This document shows, one piece after another, positions 47,046 through 58,294 of a stretch of 64,000 nucleotides of DNA. The stretch is taken from positions 11,687 to 75,686 of the forward strand of contig JAYZFK010000024.1 of NCBI GenBank assembly GCA_036336835.1, written 5' to 3'. Both the position numbers and the translations under genes were made by a program. The first letter of the stretch is position 1, and each line of letters begins with the position of its first letter. Source of the DNA: Myxococcota bacterium. Its GTDB lineage: Bacteria > Myxococcota_A > UBA9160 > UBA4427. Under the pieces are notes generated by a model, which worked only from the letters and a program-made list of their open reading frames with translations, was not told where the DNA came from and made no database searches.

Positions 47046-48536
47046 CTAGCGGACTCGGAGCTCGACGGCATAACGTCCACTGCGCGAGCGCAGAGCGAGC
47101 GGACTCGAGCCTCGCAACACGCGCTCGCGGTCCGCGACGCGCCGCGGAGCCACGAAGAAGGCGGGATCGACCGCTTCCAGCAGCCGCACCACCGTATCGG
47201 TCGGTGTCGCATCGGACGGCGACCTGAAATGGGCGCGCGTGGCGCGGTTCCAGTACAGGCTGGGCAGCGCGTTCTCGCGCCGCATCAAGAACAGCAGCTC
47301 GCTCGAATCGAACAGCCCGAACGAGGCCTCGCCGATCCTTTCCTCCGCCGCGCGCGCGACCTCGCGTTGGTCGGCCAGCGTTGCGCCCGGCCGGATTGCG
47401 ACGGAGTCGAGCTCGAGAGCCGGCCGCAGCGGGCCGGGCCGCGCGAGCAGCAGCGCGAGCAGCGCGATCAGGCCCGGCGCCCACGGCGCAGCCGTTCCGG
47501 CCCGGCGCCTCACCCACTCGATCAGGGTCCAGCCGGCCAGGCCCAGCCCGAACGCCGCGACGTGGAGCAGCGCGAACAGATCGCCATAGCCCTGCGTCTC
47601 GATCGCACTCATCGACAGCAGCACTCCGTGGAAGACACACAGAGGCAGCAGCAAGCGCACGCGGTCCTCACCACCCTCGCGCCGCCGCCCGACCGTGAGC
47701 CACCACACGGCCACCGGCACTCCGGCCGCGCTCAGGTAGAACAGCCAGGCGTGCTCAGGACAGCCCTCGCGCACCAGCTCCGCGATCCGCATGGCGCGCT
47801 CGCCGATCGTCTTGGCGCCGAGGGCACTGGCACCGCGGAAGAACGTCGCCACGATCACCTGATCGAACGCGGCGGCGAGCGCACCGCGAGCGGTGTAGTA
47901 GACCGCAAACGGCGCGACCGCGAGCGCACCGCCGAGAGACACCCGGAGCAGAGCGCGCGAGCGCCAGCCCTCTCCGACCCCTGCCGCCACGGCCGCCGCG
48001 AGCCAGGCCGCACCCCCGATCTGCCAGTCGAAGAAGGCGAGCCCTCCCGCGAGCCCGGCCCACAGCCAGCGGCGGTCGTGGACCAGCAAGGCCGACGCAG
48101 TGGCGAGCACGACCATCGCCAGCTTCGGCAGCGCTCCCACCGCGGGCAACGCGCCGAGCAGTCCGAACGAGAGCACTGCTGCGAGACCGACGAAGCCGCT
48201 CGCGACACCGCCGAGTCGGCGGAACACCACGAAGCTGAGCAGGGATGCCAACGCCGCGAGCGCGAGCTGGCCGGCCCGGATCGCGATCAACGGATCCGTC
48301 CCCGCGAGTGCGCCCAGCTGGTAGAGGCCCGCACCCAGGAACACCGACAGCTGTGGCTTGTTCTCGAAGAAGTCGAGGTGCGGAACCGCTCCCTCGCTCA
48401 CCTGCCACGCGTAGTAGAGGAAGTACCGAACGTCGGTCACGATCGGTTGACCCCGCAGGTCGAACGACGCGAAGTGCAGCGCCACGATGGCGAGCGCGAC
48501 GAGCCCTGCGCGACGACTTGCGGTCGAGAACGGCAA
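47046..48536 (-). CDS. Polytopic GT-C-like (Dol-P-Man mannosyltransferase-like) membrane protein
   Basis: TDVRYFLYYAW..GAVPHLDFFENKP loop after TM1, many TMs; GGAG SD before TTG. Confidence 0.6.
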   Translation of the reverse strand: MPFSTASRRAGLVALAIVALHFASFDLRGQPIVTDVRYFLYYAWQVSEGAVPHLDFFENKPQLSVFLGAGLYQLGALAGTDPLIAIRAGQLALAALASLLSFVVFRRLGGVASGFVGLAAVLSFGLLGALPAVGALPKLAMVVLATASALLVHDRRWLWAGLAGGLAFFDWQIGGAAWLAAAVAAGVGEGWRSRALLRVSLGGALAVAPFAVYYTARGALAAAFDQVIVATFFRGASALGAKTIGERAMRIAELVREGCPEHAWLFYLSAAGVPVAVWWLTVGRRREGGEDRVRLLLPLCVFHGVLLSMSAIETQGYGDLFALLHVAAFGLGLAGWTLIEWVRRRAGTAAPWAPGLIALLALLLARPGPLRPALELDSVAIRPGATLADQREVARAAEERIGEASFGLFDSSELLFLMRRENALPSLYWNRATRAHFRSPSDATPTDTVVRLLEAVDPAFFVAPRRVADRERVLRGSSPLALRSRSGRYAVELRVR

Positions 48537-48635
48537 CGCGTCTCCAGCCTCCCGGAACACTGAATGGGCCGGAGTCGATCGATCGACTTCCCGACGGATC
48601 CGGCTGCCAGCCTGGCCGGGCCGCCACGAGATCAA

Positions 48636-50186
48636 CTAATCAACCCCTGCCCCGCTCTGAGGCCGAACTCGCCACAGCTCGGCCATGCCCGAGCGCTCGG
48701 GCTCTCCGTAGCGCTGGTTCAGATGATCGCGAACGTGCGACAGACCGCCGGTCGTCAGGAAGACGGTGTCGAGCTCGTAGCGATCGATGACCGCATCGAT
48801 GCCCTCCGCCGCGCCCAGCCGGCCCACCGCGCGATGCAGGCTGTGGACGGGCCGCCCGAGGAGCACGGTGTGGTGGAAGCCGCGCCAGGCCGCGACCCGG
48901 CTGTCCGCGGCGACCAGGGGCGCGACCGCGGCGCTCTCGCTCAGCATCCGTTGGTGATCGGCCTCGATCTCGTGCCAGCCGGCCCGCGGCGACGCGTCGA
49001 TCGCCAGCAGCACCAGCGCGAGGACCACGGCGCAAGCCGAGCCGCGCGGCTCGCCCAGCCAGCGCACCGCCCGCTGGCGGATCCAGCCGAACAGCGCGAC
49101 CAGGCCGAGCGCGAAGATCGGCAGCACGAGCCGGTCCTGGAAGCCGAAGTAGAACAGCAGCACGCACCCGCTGCCGAGCGCGAACCAGGCCGCCGCGCCG
49201 CGCCCGATCCAGGCCTCGCGCACCAGCGCGGCCACCAGCAAGGCACCGAGCGCAAGCTGGAGCGGCCCGGCGGGTGCGGATCCGCCACGTCCGGGCGCGC
49301 GGACGCCGGACTCGCGTGGATCGTGCCGCCCTCCCTTCACGCCCGTCTCCAGGCGGCTCCCGAGCACGGCCAGCAGCTGGACCGCGCGCTGCGGCGCGCG
49401 ACCCGCGATCTCGGCCGCGGCCAGGTGTCGCGACATCGGGTCTCCGGGGTCCTCGTGCAACATCGCGGTCGCATATCCGGCGAGGCGGGTCTGGTCGGCG
49501 GGCTGCGCGCTGGCGTTCAGCTGGCCGTAGACGAACCATGGCGCGGCGACGACCAACGCGACCACCGGCGCCCGCAACGCCGCGAGACCGAGCCGGGGGC
49601 CGCCGGGCGCACCCGGCTCGAGCCAGCGTGCGAGCACGAGCGCGGGCACCAGCAGCAGGTTCGCGGAACGCAGCCACGCGGCGAGACCGACCGCGAGCCC
49701 CAGGACCAGCTCCGAGCGCCAGTCGCCTGGCTGCTCTCGCGAAGCCCACCACAGACAGCCGAGCGCTGCCGCCGTCCCGGGTACGTCCGACAGGACCGAG
49801 GTGCACAGCCGCTGGTAGCCCGGGTTCAGCCACAGCGCCGCTGCGACGGCGAGCGCAAGCGGCCAGCCGAGGCGAACGCGAGCCAGCGCAAAGAGCGCGA
49901 CGACACCCAGCGCCCCGCTGAAGCTGACGAGCCCGTTCAGCCACGCGAAGTGGCTGCCGCCGCTCAGCGCGACGACCGGTGCGAGCAGCAGCGAGAAGCC
50001 CGGCGGCCGCACCAGAAAGGGCGCCCCGAGGTAGCGGTAGCCCTCGCCGTCGATCAGTGAGCGGGCCGTGGCGATGTACATCGCCGCGTCCGCGTTGCGC
50101 TGATACCAGGGATGGACGAGGGCAGCGAGGCTCGCGAGCAACAGCACCGCCGCCAAAGCAGTGGTGCGCTTCTCGGCCGGCGTCAT
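48636..50186 (-). CDS. ArnT/GT39-like (GT-C) glycosyltransferase
   Basis: DAAMYIATARSL..GEGY, RPPGFSLLLAP, VLSDVP, RLVLP. Confidence 0.72.
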   Translation of the reverse strand: MTPAEKRTTALAAVLLLASLAALVHPWYQRNADAAMYIATARSLIDGEGYRYLGAPFLVRPPGFSLLLAPVVALSGGSHFAWLNGLVSFSGALGVVALFALARVRLGWPLALAVAAALWLNPGYQRLCTSVLSDVPGTAAALGCLWWASREQPGDWRSELVLGLAVGLAAWLRSANLLLVPALVLARWLEPGAPGGPRLGLAALRAPVVALVVAAPWFVYGQLNASAQPADQTRLAGYATAMLHEDPGDPMSRHLAAAEIAGRAPQRAVQLLAVLGSRLETGVKGGRHDPRESGVRAPGRGGSAPAGPLQLALGALLVAALVREAWIGRGAAAWFALGSGCVLLFYFGFQDRLVLPIFALGLVALFGWIRQRAVRWLGEPRGSACAVVLALVLLAIDASPRAGWHEIEADHQRMLSESAAVAPLVAADSRVAAWRGFHHTVLLGRPVHSLHRAVGRLGAAEGIDAVIDRYELDTVFLTTGGLSHVRDHLNQRYGEPERSGMAELWRVRPQSGAGVD

Positions 50187-50217
50187 CGGCACGCGCGACC
50201 CGACGCTGAGATGGGAG

Positions 50218-50994
50218 CTACCGACCCTTCCACACTGGCGGCCGCTTCTCGGCGAACGCACGCGGTCCCTCGCGCAGGTCCTCGCTCCCCAGGAGCGTCC
50301 CGAGCTCCGAGTAGTGAGTGCGACAGGACTCGGCGAGCGAAGCCACGTCGAGGCTCTGCAGCGCGACCTGCTTGCTCGCGCGCACCGAGAGCGGGGCGCA
50401 CTCGAGGATCTCGCCGGCCCAGCGCCGCGCCGCCGTCATCAGCTCATCGTGCGGCACGACCTCGTTGACGAAGCCGAGCTCCTGGCCCTCGGCCGCGCTC
50501 ACCCGCCGTCCGGTGAGCAGCATGCCCATCGCGCGCTTGAGCCCGATCTGACGCGGCAGCCGCTGCATGCCGCCGGCCAGAGCGGCGAGGCCAACGCGCG
50601 GCTCCGGCAGCGCGAAGACCGCCTGCTGCGACGCGATGATCAGATCGCAGGCGAGCGCGATTTCGAAGCCGCCGCCCATCGCCACGCCATTGACGGCCGC
50701 GATCACCGGCTTCCACAGGTCGTAGCGACCGCTGAGCCCGCCGAACCCCAGCGGTCCGACCGCGAGCTCGCCGTCGCCCTGCGCCGTGTACTTGAGATCG
50801 TTGCCTGCCGAGAACGCCCGGTCGCCCTCACCCGTGATGATCGCGACCCAGGCATCGTCGTCGGCCGCGAAGTCGTCGAAGACCTTCGCCAGCTCGTTGT
50901 TGGCCGGTGGGTGGAGCGAGTTCAGCACCTCGGGCCGGTTGATCGTCACGATCCAGAGGCGCTCCTCGCGCTCCACCTTGCAGAACTCGGGCAT
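50218..50994 (-). CDS. Enoyl-CoA hydratase/isomerase family protein
   Basis: INRPEVLN, AFSAGNDLK, AMGGGFE, LPEPRVGL, AFAEKRPPVWKG. Confidence 0.93.
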   Translation of the reverse strand: MPEFCKVEREERLWIVTINRPEVLNSLHPPANNELAKVFDDFAADDDAWVAIITGEGDRAFSAGNDLKYTAQGDGELAVGPLGFGGLSGRYDLWKPVIAAVNGVAMGGGFEIALACDLIIASQQAVFALPEPRVGLAALAGGMQRLPRQIGLKRAMGMLLTGRRVSAAEGQELGFVNEVVPHDELMTAARRWAGEILECAPLSVRASKQVALQSLDVASLAESCRTHYSELGTLLGSEDLREGPRAFAEKRPPVWKGR

Positions 50995-51005
50995 GTCTTG
51001 GGTCC

Positions 51006-52067
<1,062 letters not shown>

Positions 52068-52175
52068 CAAACGCCTCTGCGCCGCGCCGCACGCGACGGG
52101 GCCGTATGATGGAGCCTTCCCGCCCGCCCCGCCACGCGACGCACCTAGCGTTCGGTCGCCGCCGCGCGAGCGGGC

Positions 52176-52427
52176 TCAGAAGCCGCGCCAGTAGCGCGCG
52201 CTCTGATAAGCCGAGCCGACGCAGAGCAGATGGACCAGGAAGCCAGGAACCAGGATCGCCCAGTACGCGATCGCCGTGCCGAGACACCACACCACACCCG
52301 CGAGCAGACGACCCGCATAGACCTGACCCAGCCCGGGAAGCAGCACCGAGAGCACGGCCGCAACGCCCGGGCTCGGGGCGCGCGCCGCCAGATAGTCAGA
52401 CCGCTCCGGCTCGTCGAGATAGGTCAT
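52176..52427 (-). CDS. Small membrane protein (TM2-like)
   Basis: GGAGG SD; SPGVAAVLSVLLPGLGQVYAG motif. Confidence 0.7.
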   Translation of the reverse strand: MTYLDEPERSDYLAARAPSPGVAAVLSVLLPGLGQVYAGRLLAGVVWCLGTAIAYWAILVPGFLVHLLCVGSAYQSARYWRGF

Positions 52428-52623
52428 AGGATCCTCCGTCGGGTTCGTCCCGTACCGGCCTGTAGAGCAAGCTTCGTGCCGCCGCGGCAGCCGAGCTGGG
52501 CGGGCGCAGAGCGCCCCGGACCGCATCGGTCCGCCGACACTGCAACATCCGTACTGCACGCGGTGCTGGGCTGCTCCCGGGGGGACACTTGCAACCGTGG
52601 CGAGCTTTCGCGACACACGTGGG

Positions 52624-53475
52624 ATGACCACACCGCCCGCCACCAACGCTGCCCGGGAGGCGCGCGATCGCTTTCGCGCGCTTGCGGAGGGCCCGGACTC
52701 GAAGCTCGACCTCGCGACCGGCGCACTGCTGATCGCCGTCGAGCACGAGCCCGCAGTCGACGTCGAGGAGGCCCTCCGCGAACTCGAAGGCCTCGCCGAT
52801 CTGGTGCGACCGCGCCTGCAGGGAGCGGTGAGCGACCACGATCTGGTGGCCCGCCTCAACGAGTGTCTGTTCCAGGAGCAGGGATTCCACGGCAACCGCG
52901 ACGACTACTACGAGCCGCGCAACAGCTTCCTGAGCGCCGTGCTCGAGCACCGTCGGGGCATCCCGATCACCCTGTGCGTGGTGTTCATCGACGTCGCCCG
53001 GCGCGTCGGGCTCGACGCCCACGGCATCAGCTTTCCGGGTCATTTCCTGGCCAAGGTCGTGGGCGAGAGCGAAATCGTAGTGGATGCCTTTCGGGGACGG
53101 ATCCTGACCCCCGACGACTGCGCCGCTCAGCTGCGCAGCACCGTGGGACCGAGTGCCGAGTTCACGCCCGAGCTGCTGGCAACGACCGGAACGCGTCAGA
53201 TCCTGGCGCGCATGCTCACCAACCTGAAGCAGATCTATCTGCAACGGCAGCAGTTCGAGGACGCCCTCGCGTGCTGCGATCGCATGCTGCTGCTCGAACC
53301 GGACACGGCGCTCGAGCTGCGCGACCGCGGCCTGCTGCACCAGGCACTCGAGTGCTTCGAGCCGGCCGCCCGGGATCTCGAGCGCTTCCTCGTGCTCGCG
53401 CCCGCACACGAGAGCGTCGCACAGGTGCAAGTCGTCCTCGGCTCGCTGCGCGAGCGCGCGGCCAAGCTCCACTGA
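52624..53475 (+). CDS. SirB1 family (transglutaminase-like plus TPR) protein
   Basis: GFHGNRDDYYEPRNSFL, RRGIPITL, FPGHFL, RMLTNLK, RDRGLL. Confidence 0.9.
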   Translation: MTTPPATNAAREARDRFRALAEGPDSKLDLATGALLIAVEHEPAVDVEEALRELEGLADLVRPRLQGAVSDHDLVARLNECLFQEQGFHGNRDDYYEPRNSFLSAVLEHRRGIPITLCVVFIDVARRVGLDAHGISFPGHFLAKVVGESEIVVDAFRGRILTPDDCAAQLRSTVGPSAEFTPELLATTGTRQILARMLTNLKQIYLQRQQFEDALACCDRMLLLEPDTALELRDRGLLHQALECFEPAARDLERFLVLAPAHESVAQVQVVLGSLRERAAKLH

Positions 53476-53481
53476 TGGACG

Positions 53482-53511
53482 AAGGGCCCGACACTCTCGT
53501 GTCGGGCCCTT
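53482..53511. terminator. Perfect 13-bp hairpin between convergent transcription units
   Basis: AAGGGCCCGACAC-TCTC-GTGTCGGGCCCTT. Confidence 0.7.
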
Positions 53512-53653
53512 GCCCCGGGAAGGTCGGCGGCCCGGCTTCTGAGAACCGGACCGCCCTTCGGTGCAGGAGGCTTCCACCACAGGCGATGCATTCCTGCGGC
53601 GGCTCCTCTTGCTCTCAGACGGTGGATGAGGCCGCCTGTCCTGCCACAAGGAG
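53507..53653 (-). ncRNA. ssrS: Probable 6S RNA
   Basis: Rod fold on minus strand: closing stem CCTTGT..GGCGGCC / GGCCGCC..GCAAGG, central bubble with 3' hairpin CCGGTTCTCAGAAGCCGG, internal stems GCCGCC/GGCGGT and GCAGGA/TCCTGC, apical GCAT..GAAGCC as in 6S RNAs; G-U pairs fix the strand. Confidence 0.6.
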
Positions 53654-53739
53654 CTGAAGTTCTGGTCTGATAGTCTCCGCCCAGCACGCGGCGGTTCCGC
53701 GCCGGGTACAGAAATCCGCCGGGGCCGCCAGCAGCGGCC

Positions 53740-55648
53740 TCAGGGCGTCTGGCGCAGCGAACGCCGCCGCTCGAGCAGCCTTGCGCGCTCGGCTGCCTCG
53801 TCCGACCCGACGACCGCGAGCGCCGCCTCTAGGCTGCGGGCGGCCGCGGCCCGATCGCCGCTCGCGGCCTCGGCCACGGCGCGCAGCTCGAGCGCTCGGG
53901 CCGGGGCTTCGGCATCGCGCACCACCCGCTCGCGCGCGCACGGCTGGATCAGTCATCGCCGCGAAGCGCGAAACCGCAGCGCGCAGGATCTCGAGATCCC
54001 CTGGCGCAAAGGCCAGCGCCGCCTCGTAGTGCTCGACCACGCGCGCGGGATCCCCTCGCAGCACCGCCAGCTCGCCGCGCATCCGATGGGCGCGGAGCCG
54101 GTCTTCCCGGAACTCGGGTGCATCCGTTGCCAGCGCGCGCGCAAGATGCTGGTCGGCGCGCGCCAGCTCACCCTGCGCAACCAGTGCGATCGCCAGGTTG
54201 AGATGGCCGCGCGCGAGGTCGGGCTCCGCGCGCAGGCCCGCCTCGATCAGCTCGACGCCGCGCTCCCGGTCATCGGCAAGGAAGCGCAGCAGGCCCAGGT
54301 TGACTGCGGCGCCCGCGTGGGCGGGATCGATCTGGTACGCCGCCCGGAAGTGCCGCTCGGCGGCCTCGGACTCGCCGCGCTGCTGGAGCCAGCCACCGAG
54401 GTTGTAGTGGACGAGCGCGTTGGCGCTCGTGTGCGCCAAGGTGTGCGCGAACAGGGTGCGCGCATCGCGCCAGAGCGAGGTCTGGCGGTGCGCGGCCACG
54501 CCCCAGACCGCGCACACCACGAGGCCGGCTGCAACCAGCGCACGGGCGCGCGTACGCCGGCCCCGCGCCCAGTCGCCGAGCGGGTACACGACTGCGATCG
54601 CGAGCCCGACTAGCGGCAGGTACATGTAGCGATCGGCGTGCGCCGCGTGGCCGACCTGCACGAGTCCGATCATCGGCACCAGCACCCCGAGGAAGAACAG
54701 CCAGCCGACGAGGACCGCGCGTTGGCCCCGTCGGAAGGCCCACCCCGCGCCGGCTGTACACAGCACCAGCAGCGCGAGCGAAGCACCGATCTCACCGGCC
54801 GACCGGGGCAGCTGTCCGGCAGCCGTTGGGTGGGGGTAGTAGATGCCGAGCCCCACGGGCCACACGGTCTGTGCGAGATAGATCGCATAGGCCACGATTG
54901 CGTTCGCGATGCGCCCCGCCAGGCTCACCGTCCCGAGCGTCGCAATCGCTCCCGCGCGACTCTGGGCCCCCAGTGTGAGGACGATGCCGGCCGCAACGAG
55001 GCCGAACATCGCGAGCTTCTCGACGACGGCTTCGCGCGTGATCCGACGGCGCAGCGGCCACAGATCGAACAGCAGCAGCGTACACGGCAACGTCACCAGC
55101 ACCGGCTTCGCCATCACCCCGAGCGCACAGGCGACCAGCGCCGCTCGGCGCGCCGGGCGCGAGCCGTCGCGCACGGCGATCGTGTGCAGCCAGGTCGTCG
55201 CCCACCAGAACACGCCCGCGAGCACATCCTTGCGCTCGGTCACCCAGGCCACGGCCTCGACGTGCAGCGGATGCAGCGCAAACGCGGCCGCCACGAAGCC
55301 GCTCTCGATGTCGCGGCGCGTCAGCGCGCGCAGCGCTCCGAACAGCAGCAACGTCGCCAGCAGGTGCAGCAGCGTATTGACGACGTGGAAGGGTCCGGCG
55401 TCGGCCAGCCCGAACAGTGCCGCGTCGAGCGCAAGGCTCAGCGACGTCAGCGGGTGCCAGTTCGCGGTGCCGCGCCCGAACTCGAACGACGACAGCACGT
55501 CTTCCCAGCCGACGCCGTCGACGAGGTGCGGGTTGCGGTAGACGTAGACGTCGTCGTCGAGGGCCGCAAACTCGAAGCCCGCCGTCTGCGCGTACACGGC
55601 AAGCGTGGCGAGTGCTAGCAGCAGCGCGATCAGCGTGGGACGTTGCAT
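53740..55648 (-). CDS. TMTC-like GT-C membrane protein with C-terminal TPRs; apparent frameshift near 53930
   Basis: DDDVYVYRNP, WHPLT, HPLHVEAVAWVTERKD, ADRYMYLP, TPRs; helical TPR-like tail continues in another frame (53740-53925). Confidence 0.8.
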
Positions 55649-55935
55649 CGATCCTCGGCCGCCGTCGTCTTCCGCCTCGCCTGCTCCGCGCCGGCCGCCC
55701 GATCGAGCGGTCGGCCCGCGAGATCTGCCACGTAGCGGGCACCCGCCGGTGCGCGTTGCGCGCGGTGGAGTCGCAGTCCGCCACGGCGACGGCTGCCAAC
55801 GTAGCGGGTTGCCGGCGCGGGTGAGGACCGCGAGCCGAAAAGCCCGCACGAGGCGAGCCCACCTGCCGGGAGTCCGCCTCTCCCGTTGCGCCCGGGCGCC
55901 CGTCGTGACGGGCCCACGGGTTGTAGAGTCTGCGC

Positions 55936-57492
55936 GTGCCTGCCAGGTCCCGAGCGGCCGATGCGCTGCGGCGACTCGACCTCCTGCTCCAGCGCGCGGT
56001 GCCGATCACCGGCGTCGCGTTCGTCCTGCTCTACGCCGCGACCGCCCCGCTGCGGATCGCATATCCCTACGAGATCGAGTGGCTCGAGGGAATCGCGCTC
56101 AGCTCGACGGCTCGGATCCTGGACGGAGCGCCCTTCTACGCCGCGCCCACTCCGGACTACGTGGCGGCCATGTACACGCCGCTCTACTACTACCTCTGCG
56201 CGGGTATCGCAGCCGTCGTCGGCGTCGGGCTCCCCGCGGCGCGAGCGCTCTCGTTGCTCGCCACGCTCGCGTGCTTCGCCCTCGTCTTTGCAATCGTTCG
56301 ACACACCACGAACAGCCGCGCCGATGGCTGCACGGCGGCCGGGCTGCTCGCCGCGAGCTTCGCGATCGGCGGCGGCTGGTTCGATCTCGCGCGCGTGGAC
56401 ATGCTGTTCCTCGCGCTTCTGCTCGGCGCGCTGCACGCGCTCCAGCGCGATTCACTCCGCGCCGGCGGAGTCGCTGGGACGCTGCTGGCACTCGCGACCC
56501 TGACCAAGCAGACCGGGCTGCCGATGGGCCTGCCGCTCGTCGTCTGGGCGCTGTGGGCGCGTCCGCGTCAGGGCATCCTCTGCGGAGCCGTCTTCGCAAC
56601 GCTAGTCGGCGTCGTCAGCCTTGCCTGGAACGAAGCCTCCGGCGGCTGGTATCGAAGGTTCGTCTTCGATCTTCCGAGCCAGTCGTACGAGATCGTCGAT
56701 GCACGGGTGCTGACGTACTGGACGCAGGACCTCGCGCGAAACGTCCCGTTACTGCTCGTCGCAAGCGGTCTGCTCCTGTGGAACGAGGCAGCCGCCGGCA
56801 TCCGGTCGCTGCGCCGCGGCGAACGCGCTCGTCGGCTTCGGCAGTGGGTTCGCCGCCCCGGAGTGCTGCTCGGCGTTGCGGTCGTCGGCACCGTGATCAG
56901 CAGCTTTCCCGCTCGCATCCACTGGGGCGGATCGGAGAACGTGTTGATTCCAGCGTTCGCGTTGCTGGCGATCGGGGGGGTCGTCGCGCTCGGGCACATG
57001 CGCCTCGCCCTGGCGCGCAGGATCGGCTCGCCCTGGGCGGGACGGGTCGTTTCCGCGCTCTTGATCGCCCAGTTCGGCCTGCTCGTCTACGACCCCCGCG
57101 CGTGGATCCCCACGACAGCGAGTCGGCGAGCGGGGGAGCGTCTCGAGCAGCGGGTCGCCGAGCTCGACGGCGAGGTCGACCTGCCCTTCCACCCGTCCAT
57201 CGCGCTCCGCGCCGGCAAGCGCCTCCACGCTCATGGCGGGATGGCGCTGTGGCTGATGGAGACCCAAGACGAGCCACTCAAGGCGGTGTTCAAGAAAGCG
57301 ATCTACCGCGGCTACCGCGAGCAACGCTTTGCGGGCGTGGTGTGCGAGCACCGCTGGGCGAGCACCTGGATCCCCTTCCGCCGGCACTACGTGCTGGTGG
57401 GCCGGGTGTTCGAGGATCCCGATGTCTTCTGGACGCTCACCGGACTGATCCGCCGACCGGACGGGCTATTCGTGCCGCGAAACGGCCCCTGA
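55936..57492 (+). CDS. GT-C-like polytopic membrane glycosyltransferase
   Basis: YPYEIEWLEG, YTPLYYYL, DLARVD, LTKQT; many TMs. Confidence 0.68.
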   Translation: MPARSRAADALRRLDLLLQRAVPITGVAFVLLYAATAPLRIAYPYEIEWLEGIALSSTARILDGAPFYAAPTPDYVAAMYTPLYYYLCAGIAAVVGVGLPAARALSLLATLACFALVFAIVRHTTNSRADGCTAAGLLAASFAIGGGWFDLARVDMLFLALLLGALHALQRDSLRAGGVAGTLLALATLTKQTGLPMGLPLVVWALWARPRQGILCGAVFATLVGVVSLAWNEASGGWYRRFVFDLPSQSYEIVDARVLTYWTQDLARNVPLLLVASGLLLWNEAAAGIRSLRRGERARRLRQWVRRPGVLLGVAVVGTVISSFPARIHWGGSENVLIPAFALLAIGGVVALGHMRLALARRIGSPWAGRVVSALLIAQFGLLVYDPRAWIPTTASRRAGERLEQRVAELDGEVDLPFHPSIALRAGKRLHAHGGMALWLMETQDEPLKAVFKKAIYRGYREQRFAGVVCEHRWASTWIPFRRHYVLVGRVFEDPDVFWTLTGLIRRPDGLFVPRNGP

Positions 57493-57576
57493 CGGTCGCC
57501 CTGCCGCCCCAACGCCTTCGCGGCGGCTGGGCGGCTGGGCGGCTGCCGCAGAGGCGGTCGGGATCGCGAGGAGCTG

Positions 57577-57653
57577 TGGCGCCCCGGGAAGGAATCGAAC
57601 CCTCGACCCGTCGCTTAGAAGGCGACTGCTCTATCCGACTGAGCTACCGGGGC
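57577..57653 (-). tRNA. tRNA-Arg(UCU)
   Basis: Cloverleaf GCCCCGG..CCGGGGC-G-CCA, anticodon loop CT-TCT-AA, TTCGATT T-loop. Confidence 0.96.
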
Positions 57654-57690
57654 TGGCGGCCAAGGCTAGCAACCCGGCCAGCGCATCTCG

Positions 57691-57719
57691 TTGACACCTC
57701 TCGGACCGCTGACTAGCTT
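57691..57719 (+). promoter_or_regulatory. sigma70 promoter of tRNA-His
   Basis: TTGACA, 17-bp spacer, TAGCTT. Confidence 0.75.
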
Positions 57720-57733
57720 TGCGATCGCCTTGC

Positions 57734-57811
57734 GGTGGGTGTAGCTCAGTTGGTTAGAGCACCAGATTGTGGTTCTGGGGGCCGGGGGTTCAAATCCCCT
57801 CATCCACCCCA
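57734..57811 (+). tRNA. tRNA-His(GUG), with encoded G-1
   Basis: G-GTGGGTG..CATCCAC-C-CCA, anticodon loop TT-GTG-GT. Confidence 0.96.
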
Positions 57812-58017
57812 TCCCGTCCTCCCCGGGGGCCGGGCGCCTGCGGTGGCTCGGCGCGCGCGGAGCGGCCGCAGGCCGACCTCCCGAGCCGGATTTCGGTGTG
57901 CGGCCGGCGGCTTGGAGGGGGTAGACGCGAGTCGACCGGGGGGTTCGTGCCGCTTCCTTTCGACCCGGCTGCGGGGGTACCATAGGAGGCCCGGCCCGCG
58001 AGACCTAGGACCCCACC

Positions 58018-58257
58018 ATGAACCGCATTCGAGCAGCAAGACAGGCAGTGGGCTGGACCCAGAGCGACCTCGCCCACAAGGCCAACGTCTCCCCGCGCAC
58101 GATCCACGCGGTCGAGAAGGGGCGTCCGTGCCGCCAGGCCACCAAGCGCCGGATCCTCCAGGCACTCGACGTGCCGTGGGAGCTGCGCTTCGACTACTTC
58201 GGCGGCGCGCGCCCCGTGCGCCGCGTGGCCGCACGCGATCAGGTGCGCACCGCCTGA
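58018..58257 (+). CDS. XRE-family helix-turn-helix protein
   Basis: IRAARQAVGWTQSDLAHKANVSPRTIHAVEKG. Confidence 0.85.
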   Translation: MNRIRAARQAVGWTQSDLAHKANVSPRTIHAVEKGRPCRQATKRRILQALDVPWELRFDYFGGARPVRRVAARDQVRTA

Positions 58258-58294
58258 CCGACCATCCCGCCCCCGCGATCCACTCGAACGTGGA

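Noticed and set aside
52068..52175. Aromatic amino acid attenuator upstream of DAHP synthase
   Set aside because: No Phe/Tyr/Trp-rich uORF and no U-tailed terminator
57812..58257. Integrated element at tRNA-His suggested by the adjacent XRE gene
   Set aside because: No integrase, no tRNA 3' repeat and no compositional shift seen
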